Shown here one piece after another: positions 10,449-21,200 of a DNA stretch of 64,000 nt (positions within the stretch are counted from its first letter, which is position 1; each line of letters begins with the position of its first letter). Origin of the DNA: an uncultured Solirubrobacteraceae bacterium (GTDB lineage: Bacteria > Actinomycetota > Thermoleophilia > Solirubrobacterales > Solirubrobacteraceae); assembly GCA_963763945.1 (NCBI GenBank), contig CAVXQF010000002.1:23635-87634 (forward strand). The letters run 5' to 3'. The notes beneath the pieces were generated by a model. It had not been told where the DNA came from. It did no database searches and saw only the letters and a program-made list of their open reading frames with translations. The position numbers were made by a program, and so were the translations under genes.

Positions 10449-10658
10449 ATGGCGTGCGTGCCCGCCACGCAGAAGCAGTGGATCAAGCGATTGGAGCTAG
10501 CGGGATGGACGCGAGAGCGCGGGGGCAAGCATCAGGTCAAGATGACGAAGCCGGGCTGCCGGCCGATCACGTTGCCGGAGAACAGGCGCCGCGCCTATTC
10601 AAAGGGATTCGAGGCGGAGCTGCGCCGACAGGCGGGCCTACGGGATCGTGGAGATTGA
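10449..10658 (+). CDS. HicA-like toxin
   Basis: Small basic protein L..AGW..R.GGKH....KPG..PITLP, directly upstream of a HicB-like gene. Confidence 0.75.
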   Translation: MACVPATQKQWIKRLELAGWTRERGGKHQVKMTKPGCRPITLPENRRRAYSKGFEAELRRQAGLRDRGD

Positions 10659-10683
10659 ATCGATTTCTGTGATCATGGAACCG

Positions 10684-10932
10684 ATGTCCGAATCCCCCAA
10701 GCCGCTCCACGTGAGCGTGCGCCTCGAGGATGACGTGTACTGGGCCACGGTCGAGGAGTTCCCAGGTGTCTTCGCCACCGGGGACAACCTCGAGGAGCTG
10801 CGTGAGAGCCTGGCGGAAGGGATCGCGCTGGTGCTGGCGGCGCCGGGTGCCGAGCCGCCGGAGGTGACGCTCGCGCCTCTGCGTCATGGGCCCGTGGCGA
10901 TGGAGGCGCAGTCGGAGCTGGTCTACGCCTGA
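10684..10932 (+). CDS. HicB-like antitoxin (short)
   Basis: EDDVYWATVEEFPGVFATGDNLEELRESLAEGI HicB signature. Start uncertain (10648/10675/10684). Confidence 0.85.
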   Translation: MSESPKPLHVSVRLEDDVYWATVEEFPGVFATGDNLEELRESLAEGIALVLAAPGAEPPEVTLAPLRHGPVAMEAQSELVYA

Positions 10933-10995
10933 TTGCGCCTGGGCGTTCCCGCGGGAGCGTACCGTCCCAAGGGACCGCGTAATCTCGTCTGCGAG

Positions 10996-12009
10996 ATGAT
11001 TCACCCAATCCCCTCCGGCACCCGCGACGTTCTCCCCCAGGAGACCGGCGAGGTGCGCCTGATCACGGACACCCTGCGCCGCGTGTTCGACGAGCACCGC
11101 TACGGCGAGATCTACACGCCCGCGCTCGAGTACGAGTCCGTGCTCGCGCGCGCCGACATGGCCGAAGCGCGTCCCGCCTACCGCGTTTTCGACGAGACCG
11201 GTGCCGTGCTCGTGCTGCGCTCGGACATGACCGCGCCGATCGCGCGCGTCGTCGCTACGCGCTACGCCGACAGCCCCGTGCCGCTGCGCTTCTGCTACTT
11301 CGCCCACACCTACCGCGGCGTGCGCCCGCAGCGCGGGCAGCTGCGCGAGATGCTGCAGGCGGGAATCGAGCTGATCGGCTCGCCGGCGCCCGAGGGCACG
11401 GCCGAGGCGCTCGCCGTGCTTTGCAGCTCGCTCGAAGCCGTTGGGCTGAAGGACTTTCGCATCGGCGTCGGCGATGCCTCGCTGTTCCCGGCGTTGATGG
11501 AGAGCTTGGACGTTCCCAGGGAGCGCCGTGAGGGGCTGCTGGAAGCGCTTGTGCGGCGCAACTTCGTCGAGCTCGAGCACCGCCTGCACGAGGCCGGCGT
11601 GTCGGGCGAGGCGGCCGAGCTGCTGCTCGACGTGCCCCAGCGCCGCGGCGGGCCGGAGCTGCTGACCGACGCCCCCGAGCCCGCCGTCGAGGCCGTCACG
11701 GGCATGCGCCGCGTGTACGAGCTGCTCGACCCGAGCGTGGCGGCGCGTGTGATCTTCGACCTCGGCCTGATCCGCAACATCGGCTACTACACGGGCGCCG
11801 TGTTCGAGGTCTACGACCCCGCGATCGGCGCCCCGATCGGCGGCGGCGGGCGCTACGACGAGCTGCTCGGGCGCTTCGGGCGCAGCCTGCCGGCGGTCGG
11901 CTTCGCGCTGTACGTCGACTCGCTGCACCAGGCGCTGGCGGGCGAGGAACGCGGCACTGGGGCGCTGGCCGAGCTGCGCACGGTCACCGCCGCCGGAGAT
12001 TCGCGATGA
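10996..12009 (+). CDS. hisZ: ATP phosphoribosyltransferase regulatory subunit
   Basis: PSGTRDVLP, LRSDMTAPIAR, QAGIELIG, YYTGAVFE, GGGRYD; precedes short hisG. Confidence 0.95.
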   Translation: MIHPIPSGTRDVLPQETGEVRLITDTLRRVFDEHRYGEIYTPALEYESVLARADMAEARPAYRVFDETGAVLVLRSDMTAPIARVVATRYADSPVPLRFCYFAHTYRGVRPQRGQLREMLQAGIELIGSPAPEGTAEALAVLCSSLEAVGLKDFRIGVGDASLFPALMESLDVPRERREGLLEALVRRNFVELEHRLHEAGVSGEAAELLLDVPQRRGGPELLTDAPEPAVEAVTGMRRVYELLDPSVAARVIFDLGLIRNIGYYTGAVFEVYDPAIGAPIGGGGRYDELLGRFGRSLPAVGFALYVDSLHQALAGEERGTGALAELRTVTAAGDSR

Positions 12010-12680
12010 GCTCGCCGCTCGGCCTGACGATCGCCGTCCCGCGCGGCGCCCTGTTCTCCGGGACCGTCGATCTGCTGGCTTCGCTCGGGATCGAGACGGA
12101 GGAGCTGCGCACGAACGACCGCAAGCTGCTGTTCGAGGACATCGGCGTCGTCACGATGCGTCCCTCGGACGTGCCCACGTATGTGGAGGCGGGCGCGGCG
12201 GACATCGGCGTGACCGGCAAGGACGTGCTGCTCGAGCAGCTCGCACACGCGCCCGGCGAGCGCGGCCGCGACGTGTACGAGCTGATGGACCTCGGCTTCG
12301 GGCGCTGCACGATGATCCTCGCGAGCAAGGCCGGCCCCGATCCGGCGCTCAAGTCGCTGCGCCGCCTGGGCGTGATGCGGGTGGCGACGAAGTACCCGCG
12401 GATCACGGCGCGCTACCTGGAGGAAACGGGGCGCCAGGGCGAGATCGTCGAGGTCAAGGGCTCGGTCGAGCTGGCGCCGCTGACGGGCATGGTCGACGCG
12501 ATCGTCGATCTCACTGCGACGGGCACGACGCTGCGCGAGAACAACCTCGTCGAGCGCGAGAAGATCGTGCTCTGCACGGCGCGCCTGATCGCCAACCCGG
12601 TCTCACACAAGCTGAAGGCGGCACAGATCGACTCCCTGCTGCAGCAGCTGCGCCCGCTCACGGCCGCCGGCGTCGGCTGA
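12006..12680 (+). CDS. hisG: ATP phosphoribosyltransferase (short form)
   Basis: DVPTYVE.GAADIGVTGKD, VATKYP, GSVELAP, DLTATGTTLREN. Confidence 0.96.
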   Translation: MSSPLGLTIAVPRGALFSGTVDLLASLGIETEELRTNDRKLLFEDIGVVTMRPSDVPTYVEAGAADIGVTGKDVLLEQLAHAPGERGRDVYELMDLGFGRCTMILASKAGPDPALKSLRRLGVMRVATKYPRITARYLEETGRQGEIVEVKGSVELAPLTGMVDAIVDLTATGTTLRENNLVEREKIVLCTARLIANPVSHKLKAAQIDSLLQQLRPLTAAGVG

Positions 12681-12683
12681 GCC

Positions 12684-14003
12684 ATGCGGATCGAGCGCGT
12701 CGAGATAGCCGAGCTCGAGCGCCTCGGCGGCCCGCCCGGCGTGGCGGCGCGCCTGCGCGCGCTCGTGCCCGACGGCGACTCTGTCGAGCAGCCGGTGCGC
12801 GAGATCGTCGAGCGCGTGCGCGACGGCGGCGACGCGGCCGTCCTTCACTACACGCGCGAGTTCGACACGAAAGGCGTCGAGCCGAGTCCGTTGCTCGTGG
12901 CGCCAGAGGACCTCGACGAGGCGATCAAGCGCATGCCGCTGGAGCTCGTGGCGGGACTGCAGGTGACGATCGCCAACGTCGCGCAGGTGGCGGACGCGGG
13001 CGTCGGCCGCGACGCGACGGTCGACCTTGCCCAGGGCCAGCGAATCGCGCTGCGCGAGATGCCGGTCGACTCGGCGGCGATCTACGTCCCGAGCGGCCGC
13101 GCGCCGTATCCGAGCACGGTGGCGATGGGCGTCGTCACGGCGCGTGCGGCGGGCGTGTTCGACGTGGCCGTGTGCAGCCCGCCGGGCTTGGACGGCGAGA
13201 TCGACGCGGCGATCCTCGGCGCGTGCCGGCTGTGCGGCGTGGAGCGCGTCTACCGGATGGGCGGCGCCCAGGCGATCGCGGCGCTGGCGTACGGAACGGA
13301 GACGGTCAGGCGCGTCGACGTGATCGTCGGCCCGGGCAACCTCTACGTGCAGGAGGCCAAGGCGCAGCTCTCGGCGAGGGTCGGGATCAACGGCTTCGCG
13401 GGCCCGAGCGACCTGATGGTCGTGCTCGGCACGGAGCTGAACGAGGGCGATGTGGAATTGGCGGCGCTGGACATGCTGGCGCAGGGCGAGCACGGCGAGG
13501 GCAGCCTGGTCGTGGGCGTGTCGGCCGGCCCGGGCGCGATCGAGGCGCTGGGCAACGCTCTGACGCGCCTGGACGCGGAGCTTCCCGGCAGTGGCGCGGC
13601 GGCCGGAACGTTCGCGCTCGTGCAGGCGCTCGACTCCGAGCAGGCGATCCAGATCGCCAACGAGTTCGCGCCTGAGCACCTGCAACTGATCGGCGCGGAT
13701 GTCGAGGCGCAGGCGTCGCGGATCCGCTCGGCGGGCTGCCTGTTCGTGGGCGCGGCGAGCGCGACGGCGTTCGGCGACTACGTGGCCGGCTCGAACCACA
13801 TCCTGCCGACGGTCGGCGCGGCGCGCTTCGCGTCGATGCTCTCGCCGCGCCACTTCCGCCGGCGCATGGCCGAGGTGCGCGTGGCCGGCGGCGGCGCGGG
13901 CAAGCTGGCGAGCGCGGGCGTGCCGATCGCGCGGGCGGAGGGCTTCGAGTGGCACGCGCGCTCGATGGAGGCGCGCATCGGCGACAATGAGCGCGGCGGC
14001 TGA
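12684..14003 (+). CDS. hisD: Histidinol dehydrogenase
   Basis: YVPSGRAPYPST, GGAQAIAALAYGT, IVGPGNLYV, AGPSD, APEHL, GDYVAGSNHILPT. Confidence 0.97.
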   Translation: MRIERVEIAELERLGGPPGVAARLRALVPDGDSVEQPVREIVERVRDGGDAAVLHYTREFDTKGVEPSPLLVAPEDLDEAIKRMPLELVAGLQVTIANVAQVADAGVGRDATVDLAQGQRIALREMPVDSAAIYVPSGRAPYPSTVAMGVVTARAAGVFDVAVCSPPGLDGEIDAAILGACRLCGVERVYRMGGAQAIAALAYGTETVRRVDVIVGPGNLYVQEAKAQLSARVGINGFAGPSDLMVVLGTELNEGDVELAALDMLAQGEHGEGSLVVGVSAGPGAIEALGNALTRLDAELPGSGAAAGTFALVQALDSEQAIQIANEFAPEHLQLIGADVEAQASRIRSAGCLFVGAASATAFGDYVAGSNHILPTVGAARFASMLSPRHFRRRMAEVRVAGGGAGKLASAGVPIARAEGFEWHARSMEARIGDNERGG

Positions 14004-14019
14004 GCCAACGACGATTTTT

Positions 14020-14625
14020 ATGAGTAGAGAGAACGAGAGAACAGCGAGCATCGAGCGCCGTACAGGCGAGACCGACGTGCGCCTGTCGCTGGCATTGGAA
14101 GGCACGGGGGCGGGCGCGCGCGAGACGGGCGTGGGCTTCCTCGACCACATGCTCGACCTGCTCGCGCGCCACGGGCGCCTGGACCTGAAAGTGAAGGTCA
14201 CGGGCGACCTGGAGACGGGCGCGCACCACACGGCGGAGGACACGGCGATCGTGCTCGGCCAGGCGCTCGACGGCGCGCTGGGCGACCGCAGCGGGATCGT
14301 CCGCTACGGCGCGGCGACGGTGCCGATGGACGAGGCGCGGGCGAGCTGCGCGCTGGATATCTCGGGCCGGCCGTTCACGCTGTTCGAAGCCGACCTGCCG
14401 CCGGGCTCGACGGGCGGCTTCGATCACGAGCTGACGGAGGAGTTCTTCCGCGCGCTGGCGAACGCGGCCAAGCTGACGCTGCACCTGCGCGTGGAAGCGG
14501 GCTCAAACGCCCACCACATGATCGAGGCGGCGTTCAAGGCGTTTGCGCGGGCGCTGCGCCAGGCGGTGTCGATCGACCCGAGCGAGAGCGGCGTGCCGAG
14601 CACGAAGGGGACGCTCACGTCGTGA
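14020..14625 (+). CDS. hisB: Imidazoleglycerol-phosphate dehydratase
   Basis: FLDHML, HHTAED, PMDEA, NAHHMIEAAFKA, PSTKG. Confidence 0.97.
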   Translation: MSRENERTASIERRTGETDVRLSLALEGTGAGARETGVGFLDHMLDLLARHGRLDLKVKVTGDLETGAHHTAEDTAIVLGQALDGALGDRSGIVRYGAATVPMDEARASCALDISGRPFTLFEADLPPGSTGGFDHELTEEFFRALANAAKLTLHLRVEAGSNAHHMIEAAFKAFARALRQAVSIDPSESGVPSTKGTLTS

Positions 14626-14653
14626 GCCCGCTCGTGCAAGCAACGGAAGTCGC

Positions 14654-15343
14654 ATGAGCCCGCTCGTCGAGCAGCCGGTGGACATCGCTGTCGTCGATTA
14701 CGGCATGGGCAACCGCCGCTCGGTCGAGAAGGCGCTCGAGCACGTGGGCGCGCGCGCGAGCGTCAGCTCGGACCTCGACCACCTGCGCCAAGTCGACGGT
14801 CTGGTCGTACCCGGCGTGGGCGCGTTCCCGCGGGCGATGGAGAAGCTGCGCGAGCTGGGCCTGGACGAGCTGATCCGCGAGCGCGTTCTCGGCGGTACGC
14901 CGGTGCTCGGCATCTGCCTGGGGCTGCAGCTGGCGTTCGACCACTCGAGCGAGCTCGGCGGCGCGGCCGGCCTGGGGCTGATCGCGGGCGAGGTGCACGG
15001 GCTGCGCGCGGGGACGCTGAAGCTGCCGCACATCGGCTGGAACGAGGTCCGCTTCAGCAAACCGGAGTCGCCGCTGATCGCGGGGCTGCCGCTGGAATGC
15101 GCCTTCTACCACGTGCACTCGCTGGCGGCCGAGCCCGAGCGCGAAGAGGACGTGCTCGGCACGGCTGCCTACGGTGCGCCGTTCGTGACGGCGGTGCAGA
15201 AGGGCTCGTTCTACGGCGTGCAGTTCCACGCGGAGAAGTCCTCGGCGGCGGGCCTGCGGCTGCTGGCGAACTTCGCCGGCATCTGCGTGGCGGCACGCGA
15301 GCCGAGTGCGGCGGACGCGACCGGCGTGCGGGCCGGCATCTGA
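14654..15343 (+). CDS. hisH: IGP synthase glutamine amidotransferase subunit
   Basis: DYGMGN, PGVGAF, GICLGLQ, PHIGWN, QFHAEKS. Confidence 0.96.
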   Translation: MSPLVEQPVDIAVVDYGMGNRRSVEKALEHVGARASVSSDLDHLRQVDGLVVPGVGAFPRAMEKLRELGLDELIRERVLGGTPVLGICLGLQLAFDHSSELGGAAGLGLIAGEVHGLRAGTLKLPHIGWNEVRFSKPESPLIAGLPLECAFYHVHSLAAEPEREEDVLGTAAYGAPFVTAVQKGSFYGVQFHAEKSSAAGLRLLANFAGICVAAREPSAADATGVRAGI

Positions 15344-15356
15344 CGCCTCGGCGCTC

Positions 15357-16105
15357 GTGAACCTCTACCCGGCGATCGACATCCTCGGCGGCAACGCCGT
15401 GCGCCTCGTCAAGGGCGACTTCGAGGAGAAGAAGGTCTACGACCAGGACCCCTCTCGGCGGCGCGGGCGTTCGCCGAAGAAGGGGCGCGCTACCTGCACG
15501 TGGTCGACCTCGACGGGGCCAAGAGCGGCGAGCCGGTCAACATCGAGCACCTGCGCGCGATCGTCGACGAGCTCGGCCTGCCTGTGCAGTTCGGCGGCGG
15601 CCTGCGCTCGGACGTGTCGATCCAGTCGGCATTCGAAGCCGGCGCGAGCCGCGTGATCCTGGGAACGGCGATCTTCACGGACCCCGAGCTTCCGTTCCGG
15701 GCGATGGAAGAGCACGGCCACGAAAAGGTGCTGATCTCGATCGACGCCCGCGGCGGCTTTGTCGCGACGCACGGCTGGCTGGAGGCGACGGAGGTTCCGG
15801 CACGAGAGGCGATCGAACGTTGGAGCGAAGGCAAAGGCGGCGTCAAGCGCTTCGTCTACACGAACATCGACCACGACGGGATGCTCGACGGCATCGACCT
15901 CGAAGACGCGGCGGGCGCTGTCCGTGCGGTCGACGACGGCAGGTTGATCCTCTCGGGCGGCATCGGTGAGCTTCAGCACCTGCAGGCGATCGCGGCGCTG
16001 CGCGCGGAGCAGCAGCTGGACGGCCTCGACGGCGTGATCGTCGGCAAGGCGCTGTACGAGCGCCGCTTCACGGTCGCCGAGGCGCTGGCCGTGCTCGACG
16101 GCTGA
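15357..16105 (+). CDS. hisA: ProFAR isomerase (apparent 1-nt frameshift near 15450)
   Basis: YPAIDILGGNAVRLVKGD in one frame; LHVVDLDGA, GGGLRS, DGMLDG and VIVGKALY in another. Confidence 0.93.
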
Positions 16106-16193
16106 GTCGCGCAGCGGGCGCTGCGGACCGTACCCGCCGCCTGAGTCGGCTCGAATCTTGCATCTTCTGGAAGTAGCGTCTATCCTCAGTTGG

Positions 16194-16481
16194 ATGACGC
16201 CACATCAACCATCGCCGAAGACCGAAGTCGGTGTTCGTGAGCTGCACGATCAGTTGAGCCGATACGTGCACCATGCTGCTCAGGGCGGCGAGGTGGTCGT
16301 GACGATGCGTGGCAGGCGAGTCGCCCGGCTCTCGCCCATGAACGAGGTGGACCCGCTCACCGATCTGCGCGCGCGCGGGCTCGTGCGAGAGCCGACCCAG
16401 CGTAAGCGGGTCAGCACAGAGCACCGGCAGCTCCAGTCGCTCGAGCCGGTATCCGACCTCGTCGCCGAGCAGCGACGCTGA
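16194..16481 (+). CDS. Phd/YefM antitoxin
   Basis: VGVRELHDQLSRY...GGEVVVTMRGRRVARLSP; TATCCT -10 just upstream (leaderless). Confidence 0.9.
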   Translation: MTPHQPSPKTEVGVRELHDQLSRYVHHAAQGGEVVVTMRGRRVARLSPMNEVDPLTDLRARGLVREPTQRKRVSTEHRQLQSLEPVSDLVAEQRR

Positions 16482-16903
16482 TTGCCTACTTCGACACGTC
16501 GGCGCTGATCAAGCTCATCTTCGCCGAGCAGGGATCGGACGTCGCCAAAGAGCTGTGGGACCGGGCCGACTCGATCGCATCCAGTCAGCTCATATATCCG
16601 GAGGCGCGTGCGGCAGCGGCTTCGGCCTTTCGAACGGGCCGGATCGACAAACGCACGCTGCGCGGCGCCGTCCGCGCAATCGACGATCTGTATGCCGAGC
16701 TTCGCGTGATCGGCATCGACGGCGGGCTGGCGCGATTCGCCGGCGAACTCGCCGAGCTTCACGGTTTGCGCGGGTACGACGCCGTTCATCTCGCCTCGGC
16801 GATCGCGATCGAAGACGCTGCCCTCGTCACGGTCACGTGGGATCGCGATCTGGCGGACGCAATGGTCGCGTGCGGCTATGCGGTCGTTCCCGCCGCGCCC
16901 TGA
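16478..16903 (+). CDS. VapC PIN-domain toxin (CTG or ATT start)
   Basis: [35 protein letters not shown]; in frame with the 16706-16903 ORF. Confidence 0.88.
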   Translation: MIAYFDTSALIKLIFAEQGSDVAKELWDRADSIASSQLIYPEARAAAASAFRTGRIDKRTLRGAVRAIDDLYAELRVIGIDGGLARFAGELAELHGLRGYDAVHLASAIAIEDAALVTVTWDRDLADAMVACGYAVVPAAP

Positions 16904-16925
16904 ACAGACGGGCTACCGTAACGGC

Positions 16926-17708
<783 letters not shown>

Positions 17709-17731
17709 GGCCGCACGCCAGGCGGACGCGA

Positions 17732-19105
17732 GTGTCGAGCGTGGACGGATCGAGCGTCGAGGGGTCGAGCGTGGACGGATCGAGCGTCGAGGGGTCGAGC
17801 GCCGGGCGTGCGCCGTCGGATGGCTCCGCGGTGATCGAGCGCCTGCGCGAGCTGCCCGGCGGTCTCGAGCTGCTGGAGCTGGCCGAGAGTCGCGCCGATG
17901 TCGAGCTGATCGGCGGCGCCGTGCGTGACCTGCTGGTCAACGCTGCCGGCACTCCGCGCGAGCTGGATGTCGTCGTGCGGAATGACTCGGTCGGACTCGC
18001 CGGTGCACTCGCCGCGGCGCTCTCGCGCAGCGACGGCTCTGGTCCGGACGTGCCCACGCCGCATGTTCACGATCGCTTCGGCACGGCGACCGTCGAATGG
18101 CCGGAGGGGCGCGTCGACATCGCCGAACGCCGCAGCGAGCGCTACGCCCGTCCGGGGGCCCTGCCAGAGATCGGCCCGGGCACGGTCGAGCAGGATCTCG
18201 CGCGCCGCGATTTCACGGTCAACACGATCTCCGTGCCCCTCGGAGGACCCGAGCGAGCGGAGCTTCACTACGCCGACGGCGCGCTCGACGATCTCGCCAC
18301 GGGACGCCTGCGCGTACTGCACGAGCGAAGCTTCATCGACGACCCCACGCGCCTGATGCGCCTGGCGCGCTATCGCGCCCGCCTGGGCTTCGAGCCCGAC
18401 GAGCAGACGGCGCGCCTGGCGGATGAGGCGATTGCCACGGGCGCGCTCGACACGGTCTCGCCGGCGCGCATCGGCGCCGAGCTGCGCCTGGCGCTCGCAG
18501 AGCCCGATCCGGTGGCTGCGCTCGAGGCGATGCAGCAGCTTGGCGTGCTCTCGGCGCTGCACGAGGCGATCGAGCTCGATGCGCCGCTCGCCCGGGCAGC
18601 GCTCGGTGAGCTGCCGGCATCGCCCGATGTCTGGCCCGACGTGCTGCTGCTCGCCTCGCTGCTGCGCCCGGGGCACTCCTACGATACGACCGACTACGAG
18701 ACCCGCCTGCGCGCGCTGCTCGACGGCTGGGAGTTCCCGGCGGCAGAGCGCGAGCGCGCGGTGCACAGTGCAACCCTCGCGCCGCGCATCGCCCAGCGCC
18801 TGCAAAGCGCGCACGGGCCCTCTGAGATCTACGAGGTGGCACACCGCGAGCCGCTCGAGGCGGTCGCGCTGGCTGCGGCCATGGCCGATGCCGCCGGGCA
18901 GGATGAAGCCGCCGCCGCGGCCCGGCGTTGGCTCTCGCGGTTGCGTCACGTCGAGCTGCAGATCGGTGGGGAGGACCTGATCGCGGCCGGCGTTGCGCGA
19001 GGTCCCGAGATCGGCCGGCGCCTGCAGCGGGCGCTGATGCGCAAGCTCGACGGCGGGCTGGACGGAACGCGCGAGGCCGAGCTTCGCGCGGCGTTCGAGC
19101 CGTAG
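17732..19105 (+). CDS. tRNA nucleotidyltransferase / poly(A) polymerase family protein
   Basis: GGAVRDLL, RFGTA, ERYARPGALP, DLARRDFTVN, SFIDDPTR, GPEIG. Start uncertain. Confidence 0.88.
   Translation: MSSVDGSSVEGSSVDGSSVEGSSAGRAPSDGSAVIERLRELPGGLELLELAESRADVELIGGAVRDLLVNAAGTPRELDVVVRNDSVGLAGALAAALSRSDGSGPDVPTPHVHDRFGTATVEWPEGRVDIAERRSERYARPGALPEIGPGTVEQDLARRDFTVNTISVPLGGPERAELHYADGALDDLATGRLRVLHERSFIDDPTRLMRLARYRARLGFEPDEQTARLADEAIATGALDTVSPARIGAELRLALAEPDPVAALEAMQQLGVLSALHEAIELDAPLARAALGELPASPDVWPDVLLLASLLRPGHSYDTTDYETRLRALLDGWEFPAAERERAVHSATLAPRIAQRLQSAHGPSEIYEVAHREPLEAVALAAAMADAAGQDEAAAAARRWLSRLRHVELQIGGEDLIAAGVARGPEIGRRLQRALMRKLDGGLDGTREAELRAAFEP
17734..17801 (+). repeat. 30-bp tandem repeat (about 2.3 copies) encoding SSVDGSSVEG
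   Basis: GTCGAGCGTGGACGGATCGAGCGTCGAGGG at 17734 and 17764, plus a partial copy. Confidence 0.9.
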
Positions 19106-19143
19106 GATTGGAATGGCGCCAAAATGGCGCTAGACTGGCCTTC

Positions 19144-19380
19144 ATGCCCAGCGTGCAGATAAAGAACGTGCCGCCGGACGTCCACAAGACGTTGCGGCGC
19201 CGGGCCGACGAGGCAGGCCAGTCGTTGCAGGCGTACCTCCTCTCAACCCTGGAAGAGCAGGCAAGCCGGCCGACGGTCAAAGAACTGTTCGACCGAGCCG
19301 GCAGGCGGACCGGGGGAAAGCTGCCCCTCGACTTTGCGACGAGAGTGATTCGTGAAGAACGCGACGCGCGTGCGTCGTGA
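19144..19380 (+). CDS. FitA-like ribbon-helix-helix antitoxin
   Basis: MPSVQIKNVPPDVHKTLRRRA..AGQSLQAYL; TAGACT -10 ends 7 nt before the ATG. Confidence 0.88.
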   Translation: MPSVQIKNVPPDVHKTLRRRADEAGQSLQAYLLSTLEEQASRPTVKELFDRAGRRTGGKLPLDFATRVIREERDARAS

Positions 19381-19772
19381 TCGTCGTTGACGCGTCGGTC
19401 TTGGCGACAGCGCTCGGCGACGATGGCTCAGACGGCCGGCGCATGCGCAGTCGCCTCGACATGGAGCGGGTGTTGTGCGCCCCCGAGATCGTCGATCTGG
19501 AGGTCGCCATGGCTTGGCGCCGCCAACTCGACGCAGGATGGCTGGAGCCAGACGGTGCGCAGCAGGCGCTGGGTGACATGGCTGAGCTGAACCTCGTGAG
19601 GGCTCCGCATCTGCCGCTCATGCCCCGCATCTGGGAACTTCGCGACAACCTCACGCCGTACGACGCCGCATACGTTGCACTGGCGGAGACGCTCGATGTG
19701 ACGCTGTTGACGGCGGACGGCAGATCGACGCGCGCTCCCTCGCTTCGGTGCAAGGTCGAGCTGCTGCGATGA
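19377..19772 (+). CDS. VapC PIN-domain toxin
   Basis: MIVVDASVL, APEIVDLEV, NLTPYDAAYVALAE, LLTAD; GTGA overlap with the antitoxin. Confidence 0.92.
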   Translation: MIVVDASVLATALGDDGSDGRRMRSRLDMERVLCAPEIVDLEVAMAWRRQLDAGWLEPDGAQQALGDMAELNLVRAPHLPLMPRIWELRDNLTPYDAAYVALAETLDVTLLTADGRSTRAPSLRCKVELLR

Positions 19773-20494
19773 GTGGCAGGGTTACCACAGGCATGACCAC
19801 TCCCCTGCGGCACGAGCTGCCCGGCGGCGCCCAGGTCCTGTTCACCTCTCGCGCTCACGGCAACCTCTCGACGCAGGCCGGCGACGAGCACGAGCATGGC
19901 CGAGCAACTCGCGACCGGCTATGCGAGGAGCTCGACCTGGACTGGCTCTGCGCCAGCCGCCAGGTCCACGGCTCGAGCGTGCAGCGCGTGTACGAGATCG
20001 CCGGTAGCGGCGGAGAGGCGGTCGCGATCGACGCCGACGGGCACGCCACGGGCCTTCCCGGAGTCGGCGCCATGGTGCTCACCGCCGACTGCCTGCCCGT
20101 CGCGCTCGGCGCCGAGACGCACGGGGGAGGGGCCGTCGTGGCGATGGCCCACGCCGGCTGGCGCGGACTCGCTGCCGGCGTGCTCGAGGAGGCCGTACAC
20201 GCGCTGCACGAGCTGGGCGCGATCGGCCCGATCGACGCTGTCGTCGGGCCCGGCGCCGGCGTCTGCTGCTACGAGGTCGGCGAGGAGGTGCACGCTGTGT
20301 TCGGCACGTCCGGTGAGCAACGCCGCGGCCGGAACGTCAACCTGCGCGCGATCGCCGAGGACAGGCTGCTCGCCGCCGGCGTCGTTCGCGTCTCGCACGC
20401 CGATGCCTGCACGATCTGCGACGAGCGCTTCTTCTCCTACCGGCGCCAGGGCAAGGCCGCCGGTAGACAGGCCGGGATCGCATGGGTCCGATGA
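19769..20494 (+). CDS. pgeF: Polyphenol oxidase-like / peptidoglycan editing factor (YfiH/PgeF)
   Basis: QVHG, LTADCLPV, HAGWRG, CCYEVG, FFSYRR. Confidence 0.92.
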   Translation: MSGRVTTGMTTPLRHELPGGAQVLFTSRAHGNLSTQAGDEHEHGRATRDRLCEELDLDWLCASRQVHGSSVQRVYEIAGSGGEAVAIDADGHATGLPGVGAMVLTADCLPVALGAETHGGGAVVAMAHAGWRGLAAGVLEEAVHALHELGAIGPIDAVVGPGAGVCCYEVGEEVHAVFGTSGEQRRGRNVNLRAIAEDRLLAAGVVRVSHADACTICDERFFSYRRQGKAAGRQAGIAWVR

Positions 20495-20513
20495 CCGGAG
20501 GCTTGGGCATCGC

Positions 20514-21200
20514 ATGGCGCGGCTGATCGAGAACCTCGACGCCGAGCGGATCCGCGCCAACGTCGCCCGCGTGCGAGCCGAGCTCGACGCTGCCGCGCGG
20601 CGCGCGGCGCAAGCGCGCCCCGGCGGGGAGCCGCGCGAGGTCGAGCTGCTGGCGGCGATCAAGTACATCCGCAACGAGGATTTGCCGCTGCTCGCCGAGG
20701 CCGGCATCGAGCTCGTCGGCGAGAACCGCGCGCAGGAGCTGCAGGCCAAGCACGCCGCGCACGGCGAGCTGTTCGAGTGGGACTTCATCGGCCAGATGCA
20801 GAGCCGCCGCGTGCGCGAAATCGTCCAGTGCGTGCGGCTGATCCATTCTGTCGCATCCGAGTCCGCCCTGCGCGCGCTCGAGCGCTCTCTGCCGCTTGCC
20901 CGCCCGGGACTGCGCATCCTGATCGAGGTCAACATCGCCGGTGAGCAGGAGAAGGCCGGCGTCGCGCCCGAGCATCTCGGTCAGTTCATCGAGCGCTCGC
21001 CCGTTCCCGTCGCCGGCCTGATGACGATGCCGCCGCTTGCCGACGATCCCGAGCAGAGCAGGCCGTGGTTCGCAGGGCTGCGCGAACTCGCACACGAGCA
21101 CGGGCTCGAGCAGCTCTCGATGGGCACCTCGCAGGACTACGTCGTCGCAGTCGAGGAGGGCGCGAGCATTGTGAGAATCGGCACGAGGCTGTACGATTGA
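20514..21200 (+). CDS. yggS: PLP homeostasis protein YggS
   Basis: GENRAQEL, FIGQMQS, LIEVN..GE..KAG, GLMTMPP, LSMGTSQDY, IVRIGT. Confidence 0.94.
   Translation: MARLIENLDAERIRANVARVRAELDAAARRAAQARPGGEPREVELLAAIKYIRNEDLPLLAEAGIELVGENRAQELQAKHAAHGELFEWDFIGQMQSRRVREIVQCVRLIHSVASESALRALERSLPLARPGLRILIEVNIAGEQEKAGVAPEHLGQFIERSPVPVAGLMTMPPLADDPEQSRPWFAGLRELAHEHGLEQLSMGTSQDYVVAVEEGASIVRIGTRLYD

Noticed and set aside
15440-15460. Programmed frameshift or pseudogene status for hisA (also the permease and TetR genes)
   Set aside because: No clear slippery site or stimulatory structure; a single-base loss in an error-prone contig is more parsimonious.
17734-17801. Possible CRISPR array
   Set aside because: Head-to-tail coding repeat with no spacers, and no cas genes in the window.
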